In this document: positions 8,034 through 17,261 of the stretch, piece by piece
Position numbering within the stretch: position 1 is the first letter of the stretch
Layout of the letters: each line of letters starts with the position of its first letter
Virus record (IMG/VR): IMGVR_UViG_3300038379_000522
Span: 1 to 56,034 of that record
Length of the DNA stretch: 56,034 nt
Strand: one strand, 5' to 3'
Source of the DNA: a virus
Taxonomy: Duplodnaviria; Caudoviricetes
Notes under the pieces: generated by a model
The model's database searches: none
Seen by the model: the letters and a program-made list of their open reading frames with translations, nothing else
Told to the model about the DNA's origin: nothing
Position numbers and translations under genes: made by a program

Positions 8034-9939
8034 CGTTTTGCAAATGCCGCTATATGAAATGCCGTCAAAATGGCAGCTACCCGACTTAGGATCAATGCCA
8101 AATTGGAAGGATGCCAAGCGTATAGGAATTGACGTAGAGACCAAAGATCCTAAACTAAAGCAATTGGGTATTGGTGTACGTCGTGATGGTGAGATGGTGG
8201 GAATTTCGTTTACTATAGAGGATGGACCTTCCTATTATCTGCCATACGGACATCTTGGCGGTGATAATCTATTAAAAGAGCATGTGCTAGCCTACATCAC
8301 GGACCAGGCAAAAGAGTTCAATGGCACGCTTGTATTTGCGCATGCTGATTATGATTTGGACTATCTAATACACAATGGTATTACATTCCCCAAGTGCAGA
8401 TGGATAAGAGATGTACAAATCTCTGATCCTCTTATAAATGAACTTCATTTTCGTTATAGCTTAGAAGCCATCAGTGAGAGATTAGGTTTGCCAGGTAAAG
8501 ATGAGACAGATTTAATACGGGCAGCTGCCCAATACGGAATACCGAAAGCAGAGGTAAAAAGGTATCTATGGAAATTACCCGCTAAATATGTGGGTGAATA
8601 CGCTGCTTGGGATTCTAAGTTGCCTCTCATTATCTTGCGAAGACATGAAAAAATGATAGATGAGCAAGAACTCTGGCCGATTTTTGATTTAGAAAGTCGT
8701 GTGACGCCTGCTCTTGTGGCAATGCGTAGACGTGGAGTACGCATTGATTTTGATGCTTTACAAAGGGTAGAAGATTGGTCTATTGTAGAAGAGCAAAAAG
8801 CCTTAAACGAAATTCATAGGCGTACAGGTATACGCATAAAGCTTGGTGACGTATGGGCAAAACCGGCTTTAATCAAAGCTTTGGAAATTGCTGGCATCAT
8901 ATTACCTAATACAGCCAAAGGAGACAAAAAGATAGACCAAGCCCTGCTGTCTGCGGCCAAAAATCCTGTTGCTGATCTCATTATGCGCGCACGTAAAGTG
9001 AACAAATTACGCACAACATTTGTAAATAGTATTAGAGTACATGCCATAGGTGACAGAGTACATTGTACATTTAATCAGATGCGCACTACTGATGATGCTG
9101 GAGGTTCAAAGGGTGTAAGGTTTGGTCGTCTTAGCTCTGACAATCCATGTTTGCAACAACAACCGGCTCGAGATGATTTCGCAACTTTTTGGCGGAAGAT
9201 CTATGTACCAGACGAAGGATGCAAATGGCTGAGTGCTGACATAAGCCAACATGAACCACGCATGATTCTACATTATGGCGAATTGTGTAATCTCCCCGGG
9301 ACCAGCCTTATTGCAGACCAATGGCGTGAAAATCCAAATATGGATAACTACGACTTTTTATCAACTCTTATCTTCGGGTCTGCCGACAAAAAGCATAGGG
9401 ACAACACAAAACGGATCTATTTGGGTTTGTGTTATGGCATGGGTGGTGGTAAACTCGCCAAACAGTTAGGGCTACCTACAGAAATAAAAATTCACAAAGC
9501 AAACAAAAATACTTATCTAGCTGCCGGATCCGAAGCTCAAAAGATTATAGATCGTTTTAATGACAGAGTGCCTTTTTTAAGAAGACTTGCCAGGCAGTGT
9601 GAGGAAAAGGCACGAAAAAGAGGCTACGTTAAAACCATTCTTGGTCGTCGGTGTAGATTTCCACAAAATCCAGATGGTTCTTATGATTGGTGTCATAAGG
9701 CTTTCAGTAGAGTAATTCAAGGAAGTTGTGCTGATCAAGTTAAATTAGCTCTGGCTGAGTTACACGAAAACAATATGCCACAGCAATTACAAATCCATGA
9801 CGAAATCGATGCCAGCGTAGAAAGCAATGAACAAGCTTTACAAATATTGGACATCATGCGCAATGGTGTTCCATTAAAAGTGCCATTGAGAATAGACAAC
9901 AAGCAAGGTCCATCATGGGGCGAGGCTAAAAGTGGCTGA
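8023..9939 (+). CDS. polA: Family A DNA polymerase with 3'-5' exonuclease (candidate DpoZ-like)
   Basis: Exo GIDVET, YDL, YAAWD; GRLSS; motif A ADISQHEPR; motif B RDNTKRIYLGLCYGMG; motif C QIHDEI. Confidence 0.95.
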   Translation: MMTDVLQMPLYEMPSKWQLPDLGSMPNWKDAKRIGIDVETKDPKLKQLGIGVRRDGEMVGISFTIEDGPSYYLPYGHLGGDNLLKEHVLAYITDQAKEFNGTLVFAHADYDLDYLIHNGITFPKCRWIRDVQISDPLINELHFRYSLEAISERLGLPGKDETDLIRAAAQYGIPKAEVKRYLWKLPAKYVGEYAAWDSKLPLIILRRHEKMIDEQELWPIFDLESRVTPALVAMRRRGVRIDFDALQRVEDWSIVEEQKALNEIHRRTGIRIKLGDVWAKPALIKALEIAGIILPNTAKGDKKIDQALLSAAKNPVADLIMRARKVNKLRTTFVNSIRVHAIGDRVHCTFNQMRTTDDAGGSKGVRFGRLSSDNPCLQQQPARDDFATFWRKIYVPDEGCKWLSADISQHEPRMILHYGELCNLPGTSLIADQWRENPNMDNYDFLSTLIFGSADKKHRDNTKRIYLGLCYGMGGGKLAKQLGLPTEIKIHKANKNTYLAAGSEAQKIIDRFNDRVPFLRRLARQCEEKARKRGYVKTILGRRCRFPQNPDGSYDWCHKAFSRVIQGSCADQVKLALAELHENNMPQQLQIHDEIDASVESNEQALQILDIMRNGVPLKVPLRIDNKQGPSWGEAKSG

Positions 9940-10384
9940 GTCTACAATGAGATCTAAACTTGTAAAATCATTAAAACACGCTGGTGCTATCCCCGTTGAA
10001 AATTTAGTACACCCGGGTACACCAGACATCAATTACATAGACGGTTGGATAGAATGCAAATGGCTAAAAGCTTGGCCAAACAAGGCAGACACCATAGTGC
10101 AGGTTTCTAGATTTAGCAAAGGCCAAAGGTGGTGGCACATTAATAGAAGGATGTTGGGTGGCGATACCTGGTTCATTTTGCAAGTAAATAGAGAATGGTT
10201 ACTTTTTGATGGTGCAAAAGCTGCTTTATATGTAGGGCGCGCTCCAAGAGCAGAGCTGTATAATATAGCTTGTTTTGTATCTAAAGATGGTTTAACACTA
10301 AAATTTGTTGATAGCATCTTATCAATAGATCTGCCGCGCTTCGTCATGACTCCTAAAGACTGGAATAGGTTAAAAAACCCATGA
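9932..10384 (+). CDS. PD-(D/E)XK nuclease / Holliday junction resolvase-like protein
   Basis: PGTPD...WIECK...QRWW. Confidence 0.75.
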   Translation: MAESTMRSKLVKSLKHAGAIPVENLVHPGTPDINYIDGWIECKWLKAWPNKADTIVQVSRFSKGQRWWHINRRMLGGDTWFILQVNREWLLFDGAKAALYVGRAPRAELYNIACFVSKDGLTLKFVDSILSIDLPRFVMTPKDWNRLKNP

Positions 10385-12714
10385 TGGACTGTGTTGGGTT
10401 TCTTAAAGCATTTCATCCAAATGGACCTTGGGTATTAACATCCATCCAACCCACTAGAAAGGGGATAGAGGTAAAATCCTTTGGCCCGGACGCTGAAGAC
10501 GAAACCAAAAAGTGGATAGAAGCTAGGAATGGCAAACAAAACATCTATTTTCACGTAAATACACCGAAGGCCCATACTAACAAAAAAACAAGCAGGGAAG
10601 ATATAGCTAGGGTCGATTGGCTACATGTCGATATAGATGCAAGAGTCCAGGACAAAGACGACAAAAAATCGCCCCAAGAGTACTTAGCACAAGAACTAAG
10701 CCGCATTAGAAGACTTATTGATGAAGATTGCCCCGTTCCACCCCCAACTTTCATCGTTTTTTCGGGCGGTGGGTACCAAGCGTTCTGGAAGTTAAATGAG
10801 CCTATCGAAGTTAATGGGAATATAGCTATCGCAGATGAAATCGCCAGATATAACAAGCAGTTAGAAATCATACTTGGTGGAGATAACTGTCATAATATAG
10901 ATCGCATTATGCGGCTACCTGGCACCATGAACTTGCCTAACACACAAAAAACTAAAAAAGGCAGAATCCCCATTCTGTCTGAAGTATATAGTTACGCTCC
11001 TAAAAATGTTTATAGCCTAAGCCAATTCACACAAGCCCAACCCCTACAGTCACAAGAAGACGTATCCAATACGGTTGATGTAAACACATCAAACATAGAG
11101 CGTATAGACAACGTTGACTATCTGGACAAATGGGAAGTGCCGGACAGAGTTAAGGTCGTGCTCGTACAAGGCATGGACCATGATAACCCCAAAAAAGACG
11201 ACAACTCGAGATCTGCCTGGCTTTTCGATGCAATATGCCAACTCGTTAGATGCAGAGTTCCAGACGATATTATATTCAGCATCATTACAGATCCGTCCTA
11301 TGACATAAGCTCCAGCGTCATCGATAAAGGCTCTAATGCATCTAAGTATGCAATGAGACAGATTCAAAGAGCTAAAGATGAAGCAATAAACCCATGGCTT
11401 AGAAAGCTCAATGATCGCTTTTTTGTTGTGGGTAATTTGGGCGGCAAGTGTCGCGTTGTAGAAGTAGTACTAGATCCTCATTTGGGGCGCGTGCAACATA
11501 CAAGACAAACTTTCCAGGATTTTAGAAACAGGTGGCTTAGTCATACAGTACAGGTTGGTAAGAAAAAGACAGTATCAGCTGGTCACTGGTGGCTAATGCA
11601 CAAAGAGAAAAGACAATTCGATTATATGGTGTTTTATCCAGGTAGGACACCACCAGGAGCTTATAACTTATGGCAGGGCTTTAGCTGCGAATCTATACCA
11701 GGCGATAAGCATGAGCCATACTTGGAACACGTGAAAAACAATATTTGTAATGGAAACACAGGATACTACGATTATCTTATTAGTTGGATGGCCCGCACCG
11801 TACAGTATCCAGCCAAACCAGGTGAGACAGCCGTTGTTTTGCGCGGTAAATCTGGCACCGGTAAAAGCTTTTTTGCAAAACAGTTTGGTAGCCTATTGGG
11901 GCACCACTTTGTACAAGTATCTGATGCCAAACACCTTGTAGGGGCCTTCAATGCTCACCTTAGGGATTGCGTAGTGCTGTTTGGAGATGAGGCTTTCTTC
12001 GCTGGCGATAGAAAACACGAAAGTGTTCTAAAAACTATAATCACTGAAGAAAGACTTATGATTGAACAAAAAGGCATAGATGTTGAATCATCGCCTAACT
12101 TCGTACATCTTATCCTGGCCTCTAACTCTGAGTGGGTGGTACCAACTGGAGCCACAGAGAGGAGGTTTTTTGTGCTGGATGTAAACGATAGCCACATGCA
12201 AAACGTGCAATACTTTCAGGCCATATCTAAAGCCATGAGCGATGGTGGAAGAGAAAACCTACTTTATTTTTTACTTAATCATGATATCAGCAACTTTGAA
12301 GTTCGTAATGTCCCAATGACAGAAGCCCTTATGGACCAAAAGTTACATAGCATGGATTCAATGAGCGAATGGTGGTACACAAGACTACAAACTGGCAATT
12401 TAATAGAAAGCCACAATGAATGGGAGGGTATAGTATCGGTATCAGCACTTATGGACGATTACGTACAGCATTGCCGCAGATGGAACGTTCTTCGCATGGG
12501 TAATCAAGTAAAGCTAGGACAATTCATAAGAAAAATGAGTCCAGATGGTTGGCCCAAAAGAGGCAGAGCGAGTGTTGGGCAAGAGCGCTATTATACCTAT
12601 CAATTTCCTTCGCTCGACGTTATGCGTAAGCATCTTGAAATGGTATATGGTGGAGCACCCATAACTTGGGAAAAAAGCGAGATGGACCACAAAATGCTAG
12701 AACTTCCTTACTAA
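10381..12714 (+). CDS. Primase(-polymerase)-helicase: AEP/RepB-like N-terminus plus SF3/D5-like NTPase
   Basis: LHVDID, SGGGYQAFW, DRIMRLPG; GKSGTGKS, FGDEA, LASN, ERRF. Confidence 0.9.
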   Translation: MMDCVGFLKAFHPNGPWVLTSIQPTRKGIEVKSFGPDAEDETKKWIEARNGKQNIYFHVNTPKAHTNKKTSREDIARVDWLHVDIDARVQDKDDKKSPQEYLAQELSRIRRLIDEDCPVPPPTFIVFSGGGYQAFWKLNEPIEVNGNIAIADEIARYNKQLEIILGGDNCHNIDRIMRLPGTMNLPNTQKTKKGRIPILSEVYSYAPKNVYSLSQFTQAQPLQSQEDVSNTVDVNTSNIERIDNVDYLDKWEVPDRVKVVLVQGMDHDNPKKDDNSRSAWLFDAICQLVRCRVPDDIIFSIITDPSYDISSSVIDKGSNASKYAMRQIQRAKDEAINPWLRKLNDRFFVVGNLGGKCRVVEVVLDPHLGRVQHTRQTFQDFRNRWLSHTVQVGKKKTVSAGHWWLMHKEKRQFDYMVFYPGRTPPGAYNLWQGFSCESIPGDKHEPYLEHVKNNICNGNTGYYDYLISWMARTVQYPAKPGETAVVLRGKSGTGKSFFAKQFGSLLGHHFVQVSDAKHLVGAFNAHLRDCVVLFGDEAFFAGDRKHESVLKTIITEERLMIEQKGIDVESSPNFVHLILASNSEWVVPTGATERRFFVLDVNDSHMQNVQYFQAISKAMSDGGRENLLYFLLNHDISNFEVRNVPMTEALMDQKLHSMDSMSEWWYTRLQTGNLIESHNEWEGIVSVSALMDDYVQHCRRWNVLRMGNQVKLGQFIRKMSPDGWPKRGRASVGQERYYTYQFPSLDVMRKHLEMVYGGAPITWEKSEMDHKMLELPY

Positions 12715-12715
12715 C

Positions 12716-13381
12716 ATGTATGACGACATCACGTTCGATATAGAGACTATAGGCCCAAGTAAAATGGACCCAGCTGTACTTGAGTACCTAACAAAAAGAG
12801 CTGAGAAGTACGACAAAGAAGTAATGCCGGCTGTCGAGTTGGGTTTAGCTCGTATCATAGCTATTGGTACACAAAGAACAGACAGCAGCGCTAAGGCGCT
12901 TATAGTAGCTCCAGGGTGGGGAGGAACAGACAACATCCGTAGCTATGAAGATGAAAAATCCATGCTGTTTGACTTTTGGCGAGGTTTAAAAAACAGTCGG
13001 TTAATAACGTTCAACGGTAGATCATTTGATGGTCCCATGATCGCCATTCGTTCCGCTATTTTAGGCTTGGTGGCACAAAGAGATATCGTGGGGTACCGAT
13101 TTGACATCTCGAGCCATTGCGATATTGCAGACATTTTGTGTTTTCAAGGGGCAACACGTAGCGCCTATAGTCTAGATTATTGGAGCAGGGTATTTGGCTT
13201 GAAATCTCCAAAAGATGGTTTCTCAGCTAAAGACGTGGAGATAGCCTACGAAGCCAAAGAATATGAAAAGATTGGGGATTACGTGTTAAAGGATGTTGAA
13301 ACTACAAGCAAAATTTATGCCAGACTCCGTGACTTTGGTATACTAAAGCACTTCAAAGGTGGACCTAGAGGTACCTGTTAA
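12716..13381 (+). CDS. Stand-alone DEDD 3'-5' exonuclease (PolB-exo-like)
   Basis: FDIET, TFNGRSFD, SLD, YVLKDV. Confidence 0.88.
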   Translation: MYDDITFDIETIGPSKMDPAVLEYLTKRAEKYDKEVMPAVELGLARIIAIGTQRTDSSAKALIVAPGWGGTDNIRSYEDEKSMLFDFWRGLKNSRLITFNGRSFDGPMIAIRSAILGLVAQRDIVGYRFDISSHCDIADILCFQGATRSAYSLDYWSRVFGLKSPKDGFSAKDVEIAYEAKEYEKIGDYVLKDVETTSKIYARLRDFGILKHFKGGPRGTC

Positions 13382-13385
13382 TACA

Positions 13386-13430
13386 GGTATTATATAGGTA
13401 TTAAGCAGGATTTGCTGGGTATTGGCAGGC
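13386..13430 (+). repeat. About 10-bp phased GGTATT(A) array, copy A
   Basis: ggtattatata-ggtattaagca-ggatttgctg-ggtattggca; 18 bp identical to 47334-47351 (reverse strand). Confidence 0.6.
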
Positions 13431-13550
13431 AACTTGCACGGCCAATCGTGCAAGTTGCAATGGGTGGTCTTGGCACGATCTTTGAATATCCCCAAAAATG
13501 GTCCAAAGAGAGCCATCTAAAAGTACTTAAAGTATGGCACAGAACTTGCG
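13423..13550 (+). promoter_or_regulatory. sigma54-type promoter cassette 1
   Basis: TGGCAGGCAACTTGCA (13423), perfect 12-bp inverted repeat 13429-13458, TGGCACGATCTTTGA (13471), TGGCACAGAACTTGC (13535) ahead of AGGAGG and ATG 13591. Confidence 0.65.
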
Positions 13551-13590
13551 ATTTATTCTTCCTGTGGTGATCGAAAACAGGAGGAACCAA

Positions 13591-13794
13591 ATGAAGCTAG
13601 TAACCCTCGTAAACAAGATCAACGGTCACAAGGCAGTTATCGGCTGCGTGGAAGTTCCGGAGAACCGCGTCGAACTCGGTAAGGACATCCAGGTTAAGCG
13701 CGTCAAGGGTGATGTCCAGGTGTTCAAGTTCACGTCTGTTTCAGGTACAAGCACCGTTGCCATCCTTTCGACCACCCTTAAGAAGGCTGCGTAA
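13591..13794 (+). CDS. Hypothetical early protein
   Basis: Strong AGGAGG RBS before ATG 13591 (MKLVTLVNK...). Confidence 0.75.
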   Translation: MKLVTLVNKINGHKAVIGCVEVPENRVELGKDIQVKRVKGDVQVFKFTSVSGTSTVAILSTTLKKAA

Positions 13795-13798
13795 TCTC

Positions 13799-14317
13799 AT
13801 GACCAAACAGCACAAGTTTGAAGTGGCTGGATTAGGCCAGTCCCCGTACCGTTTCGTAGGGTCATCCGTGGAAAAGTACCAGGCTTGTCATGGTGCCCCA
13901 ATCCAACCGGGTGCCTCATGTGACTTCTGCGGCCAGGGTATCATGCAGGTTTTTTGGTTCAAGAGCGCCGATGGTCGGACGTTCAAGGTGGGTTGCGATT
14001 GCGCCGAGAAGGCTGGCGAAAAGAGCCTAATCAAAGCTGAATTGAGCCGCTTGGACAAGGAAAAGCGCGATTCGCGCGATGAGGCCAAAAAGGCTGAAAT
14101 CGATAGGCTCCTGGCCATCCCAGAGGTGCAGGAACGGCTTCAAGGAAAGCCTCATCCGTTCATCGTTGGATACACCCTCCTGGATTACGCTACGTACGTT
14201 TGCAAAAACGCTGGTGCCTCTGGCCGTTCAAGGCTTCTTAGTATGCTCAAGCGCTATGATGATGAACAGTACAAAGGACATTGTGATTCGAAAGCTTCAC
14301 GCCGGTTGAGTGACTAA
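13799..14317 (+). CDS. Hypothetical Zn-binding early protein
   Basis: CDFCG...VGCDC; ATG 13799 just after the upstream stop. Confidence 0.75.
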   Translation: MTKQHKFEVAGLGQSPYRFVGSSVEKYQACHGAPIQPGASCDFCGQGIMQVFWFKSADGRTFKVGCDCAEKAGEKSLIKAELSRLDKEKRDSRDEAKKAEIDRLLAIPEVQERLQGKPHPFIVGYTLLDYATYVCKNAGASGRSRLLSMLKRYDDEQYKGHCDSKASRRLSD

Positions 14318-14441
14318 TGCAAGGTGCAATTATTACAATGGCGACCTGCACGGGTCGTCTTGGCACGTTTCTTGAGTATACTACAAGTGCGGTTGACAGT
14401 AAGCCGCAAATATGGTATAGTAAAATGGTACACGGCTTGCA
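14318..14441 (+). promoter_or_regulatory. Promoter cassette 2: sigma54-type sites plus an adjacent sigma70 promoter
   Basis: TGGCACGTTTCTTGA (14361), TTGACA-17-TATAGT with extended -10 (14393-14421), TGGTACACGGCTTGCA (14426). Confidence 0.65.
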
Positions 14442-14454
14442 ATACCTATACTGC

Positions 14455-14661
14455 ATGAACGACTTTTTTACCATGATGGATGAACTCACCGACAAAGGCG
14501 AGCACAGTGTGTTTAGTGCGGCTGCTTTTTCGGCAAGTTCTCTTGGCATCATTGGCCAAGCACGCATAGCGGCTCTAGTCCATCTGTGGATGGAAAATAG
14601 GAGATATATAATTGAACAATCTAACTTGTTACACTGCTCAATGCCGAGAAATGGCACATAA
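14455..14661 (+). CDS. Hypothetical protein (start probably 14455 rather than 14317)
   Basis: The upstream part of the ORF-track call is occupied by promoter motifs. Confidence 0.4.
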   Translation: MNDFFTMMDELTDKGEHSVFSAAAFSASSLGIIGQARIAALVHLWMENRRYIIEQSNLLHCSMPRNGT

Positions 14662-15197
14662 GGTCGAGGAATATCTCAATTGGTTTACTGCCGCTTGCTG
14701 ATGGAATACAGCGGCAGAACGCTTGCTAAGTAGCACTGATAGTGCTTTGTACCAAACAAACCTAAGGTGGTATTACGTAGCCACGACGACGACTGCCTAA
14801 GACACCCGAAAGAGCTAAGCCAAGTATCAACATAGCACCAGGACCGAGTATGCTGCAAACCCGAATGCGAAAGACGCACAGATCCAGCAGAGGATGAAGA
14901 AGCCAAGCTTGATGTCATCTGCGGGTGTTGGTCGCTGGCAGATATGCTACACACCAAACGTGGAGAGTTTTACAGACACTAGAGGAGAATTTAAAAGTAA
15001 TGATTTTGCGCTGTTCAAGATATGCGATTACATAACTTGTGTATATCTCCTGTTTCAGCAGAGAATTGGTTGGTAGTACCTACTCGGCTGCTCTATCGAT
15101 GCACAGTTTGCGGTACTGAGAGAGGGGTAGTGAAGCAAAGTAAGAAGACTGAGGGAGTGGTTCACAGACACAGGGCTAATTCTGGAAGGATTCTCTA

Positions 15198-15641
15198 ATG
15201 CTCAAAGGCACCCTGGCATCCATCAAGTCCATGGAACCTGCACGCATGCAAAAAATGGTTATAAGCATCGTAGAGGCATTGGACTGTCAGCTATGGGACA
15301 TTAACGCGGCTGAGAAGATTGGTAACATTCTGGAAGACTATGGTATTCCTACTGTGAAAAGTCAATGTTTAGATCCCGAGCCGGACGAGAACGAGCAACA
15401 GATGCTAGACAAGATCCGAGCATCTTTTGTGCTGTGCATGGAGGATAATACTGACAGGTACGTAACAGAGCACAAGCGCAAAGATGGTACTGTATGGTAT
15501 ACTTCGCATTTGGGTGCACCATCTGACACCGGCCACAGGACATGGTATATGGATGGTACGCGCATTGGCGAATTTAAAAATGGCCAAACCATCATCAATC
15601 ATTACTTATTGGAAACGATCCTGGATGGATTGAATTACTAA
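15198..15641 (+). CDS. Hypothetical protein
   Basis: 147-aa ORF, AAGGA RBS. Confidence 0.7.
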   Translation: MLKGTLASIKSMEPARMQKMVISIVEALDCQLWDINAAEKIGNILEDYGIPTVKSQCLDPEPDENEQQMLDKIRASFVLCMEDNTDRYVTEHKRKDGTVWYTSHLGAPSDTGHRTWYMDGTRIGEFKNGQTIINHYLLETILDGLNY

Positions 15642-15664
15642 TAAAAAGACCTATCTTATCAACA

Positions 15665-15979
15665 GTGAATGCACTTAATTTTCGTATAGACGAAATCCTA
15701 GTTCCTGACTGCCTACTTAAACTGGAACGGGGAATGTCCGATACCAAAAATCCATATGAAGAGCTAAACAGGCTCAAAAAAGTTAATGCAATCATGGCAT
15801 TACTGGACAAGACATGTGGCTACGTAAAAGGAGACAAAGCCGATAAAGTGATAGCAGTACTTGTTGCTACACCGAAATCTGAAATGGACAAATTCTGCAG
15901 TATGGCAGGCACTACGCCCGCTAGCAACGAAACCATTAAAGCCGTACTAATGGAGCTTAGGCGAAGGGCTGAAATGTGA
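15665..15979 (+). CDS. Hypothetical protein (start may be 15734)
   Basis: ORF coupled to the next gene by a GTGA overlap. Confidence 0.6.
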   Translation: MNALNFRIDEILVPDCLLKLERGMSDTKNPYEELNRLKKVNAIMALLDKTCGYVKGDKADKVIAVLVATPKSEMDKFCSMAGTTPASNETIKAVLMELRRRAEM

Positions 15980-16203
15980 AAATCCACTATGTTGTGGAAC
16001 TAAAGCACGGTGGTGAATGGATACCGAACCACTTGTGCTACACGTTGACTGAAGCTGAAAAAGTAGTTAACGATTATCCTTACGTAGCTAGATACCCGTA
16101 CCGCACTATGCCAGGTAACAGTCCAAACATCCGCGTAATTATGGTGCATACTGTAGAGGAAAAGCACATTGTAGGCGAGTGGGAGATGAAATTGCGGGCA
16201 TGA
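15976..16203 (+). CDS. Hypothetical protein
   Basis: 75-aa ORF with overlapping start/stop coupling. Confidence 0.6.
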   Translation: MKIHYVVELKHGGEWIPNHLCYTLTEAEKVVNDYPYVARYPYRTMPGNSPNIRVIMVHTVEEKHIVGEWEMKLRA

Positions 16204-16460
16204 ATTATAAATGGACTCTCAAAGATGCCATAGAAGCAGCGATATCCCACTCTAATAGAGAAAAAACCGGCGTGATAGTAGTAGTACATGAAGATACTTA
16301 CCTTATCCAAATGGCTACGGAGCCGATCGATAAAGGAGATATGTGGGTGGCCATGGCGAAGCCAGGAAAGTTGATATCCACGGAGAAGAACAAGAAACCA
16401 ACACCATGGACCACTACCAGGTGGATGGACTTGTCGAACAAAGAAAAACAACGGCATTAG
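16200..16460 (+). CDS. Hypothetical protein
   Basis: ATGA overlap at 16200. Confidence 0.55.
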   Translation: MNYKWTLKDAIEAAISHSNREKTGVIVVVHEDTYLIQMATEPIDKGDMWVAMAKPGKLISTEKNKKPTPWTTTRWMDLSNKEKQRH

Positions 16461-16653
16461 GCTTTATTTATATATTTGTGAAAAGAGTAATCTAAAAAAC
16501 TAGTTGCGCATATCGATGGTAATGGAGCTAAACTTACAAGAGCAGTGCTACAAGATATTTTGATAGGAGAATACACAAAGCCAAAAATCTTTAAGGCTAT
16601 CATGGAAAAATTACCGCAAAAGAATTCTTAGAACCTGAGGAGGATGATTTAGA

Positions 16654-16851
16654 TTGACGCAAAAAACATTTATATCAATCACACACCACATGCAAACTGC
16701 AGGTGTGTACAAAGCTACGGCCGAATACCCAGAGTTCAACCTATCTGCAGAAGGATATGGACACACTAAACAAAAAGCCATACAAGTAGCCCTTTATAGG
16801 CTGTATCGAGCAGTGGTTGATAATGCAGAAAAGGTTAAACTCAATGTTTGA
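16654..16851 (+). CDS. Hypothetical protein
   Basis: GAGGAGG upstream, TTG start, 65 aa. Confidence 0.55.
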   Translation: MTQKTFISITHHMQTAGVYKATAEYPEFNLSAEGYGHTKQKAIQVALYRLYRAVVDNAEKVKLNV

Positions 16852-17254
16852 CGACTTTCGCTGCCCAAAATGCGGAGAACCTGTGCAGGCTCACTGTCCA
16901 AAAATGCATTGGACTGGTAGCATTAATGACTGCGGTATTGACCGTTTCAACTCTAATAACCTTTGTGAAAGGGCCTTAGCCTTTCATGGTGTCCAAAAGC
17001 AACTTAACCACTGTGCGGAGGAGTCTGCCGAGTTTATTTTGGCTTTGGCGAAGGTACAACGTTTTGAGCTATTAGATAGACCCATGTCAAAAAGGTTCTG
17101 TGATCTTGTGGAGGAGACAGCCGATTTAACAATCATGATGGCCCAAGCAAGAATAGCACTAGGTCGAGAGCGCGTAGATCGAGTAATCGAAATGAAAATG
17201 CAAAGACTATCTGAAGAACTAGACCACGAAATAGAGAAGATCAATCCCCATTAA
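16844..17254 (+). CDS. MazG-like NTP pyrophosphohydrolase with N-terminal CxxC
   Basis: AEESAEF...LVEETADL acidic helix pairs; KMQRL C-terminal motif. Confidence 0.8.
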   Translation: MFDDFRCPKCGEPVQAHCPKMHWTGSINDCGIDRFNSNNLCERALAFHGVQKQLNHCAEESAEFILALAKVQRFELLDRPMSKRFCDLVEETADLTIMMAQARIALGRERVDRVIEMKMQRLSEELDHEIEKINPH

Positions 17255-17261
17255 GTTCTTT

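Noticed and set aside
14317-14454. N-terminal 46 codons of the 114-aa ORF
   Set aside because: This stretch holds the duplicated promoter cassette and a near-consensus sigma70 promoter, so it is more likely regulatory than coding.
14894-15076. Possible DatZ (HD dATPase) remnant: GVGRWQI...FKICDYI
   Set aside because: No HD motif and far too short. Other frames here read as more plausible small Cys-rich proteins, so the resemblance is probably chance.
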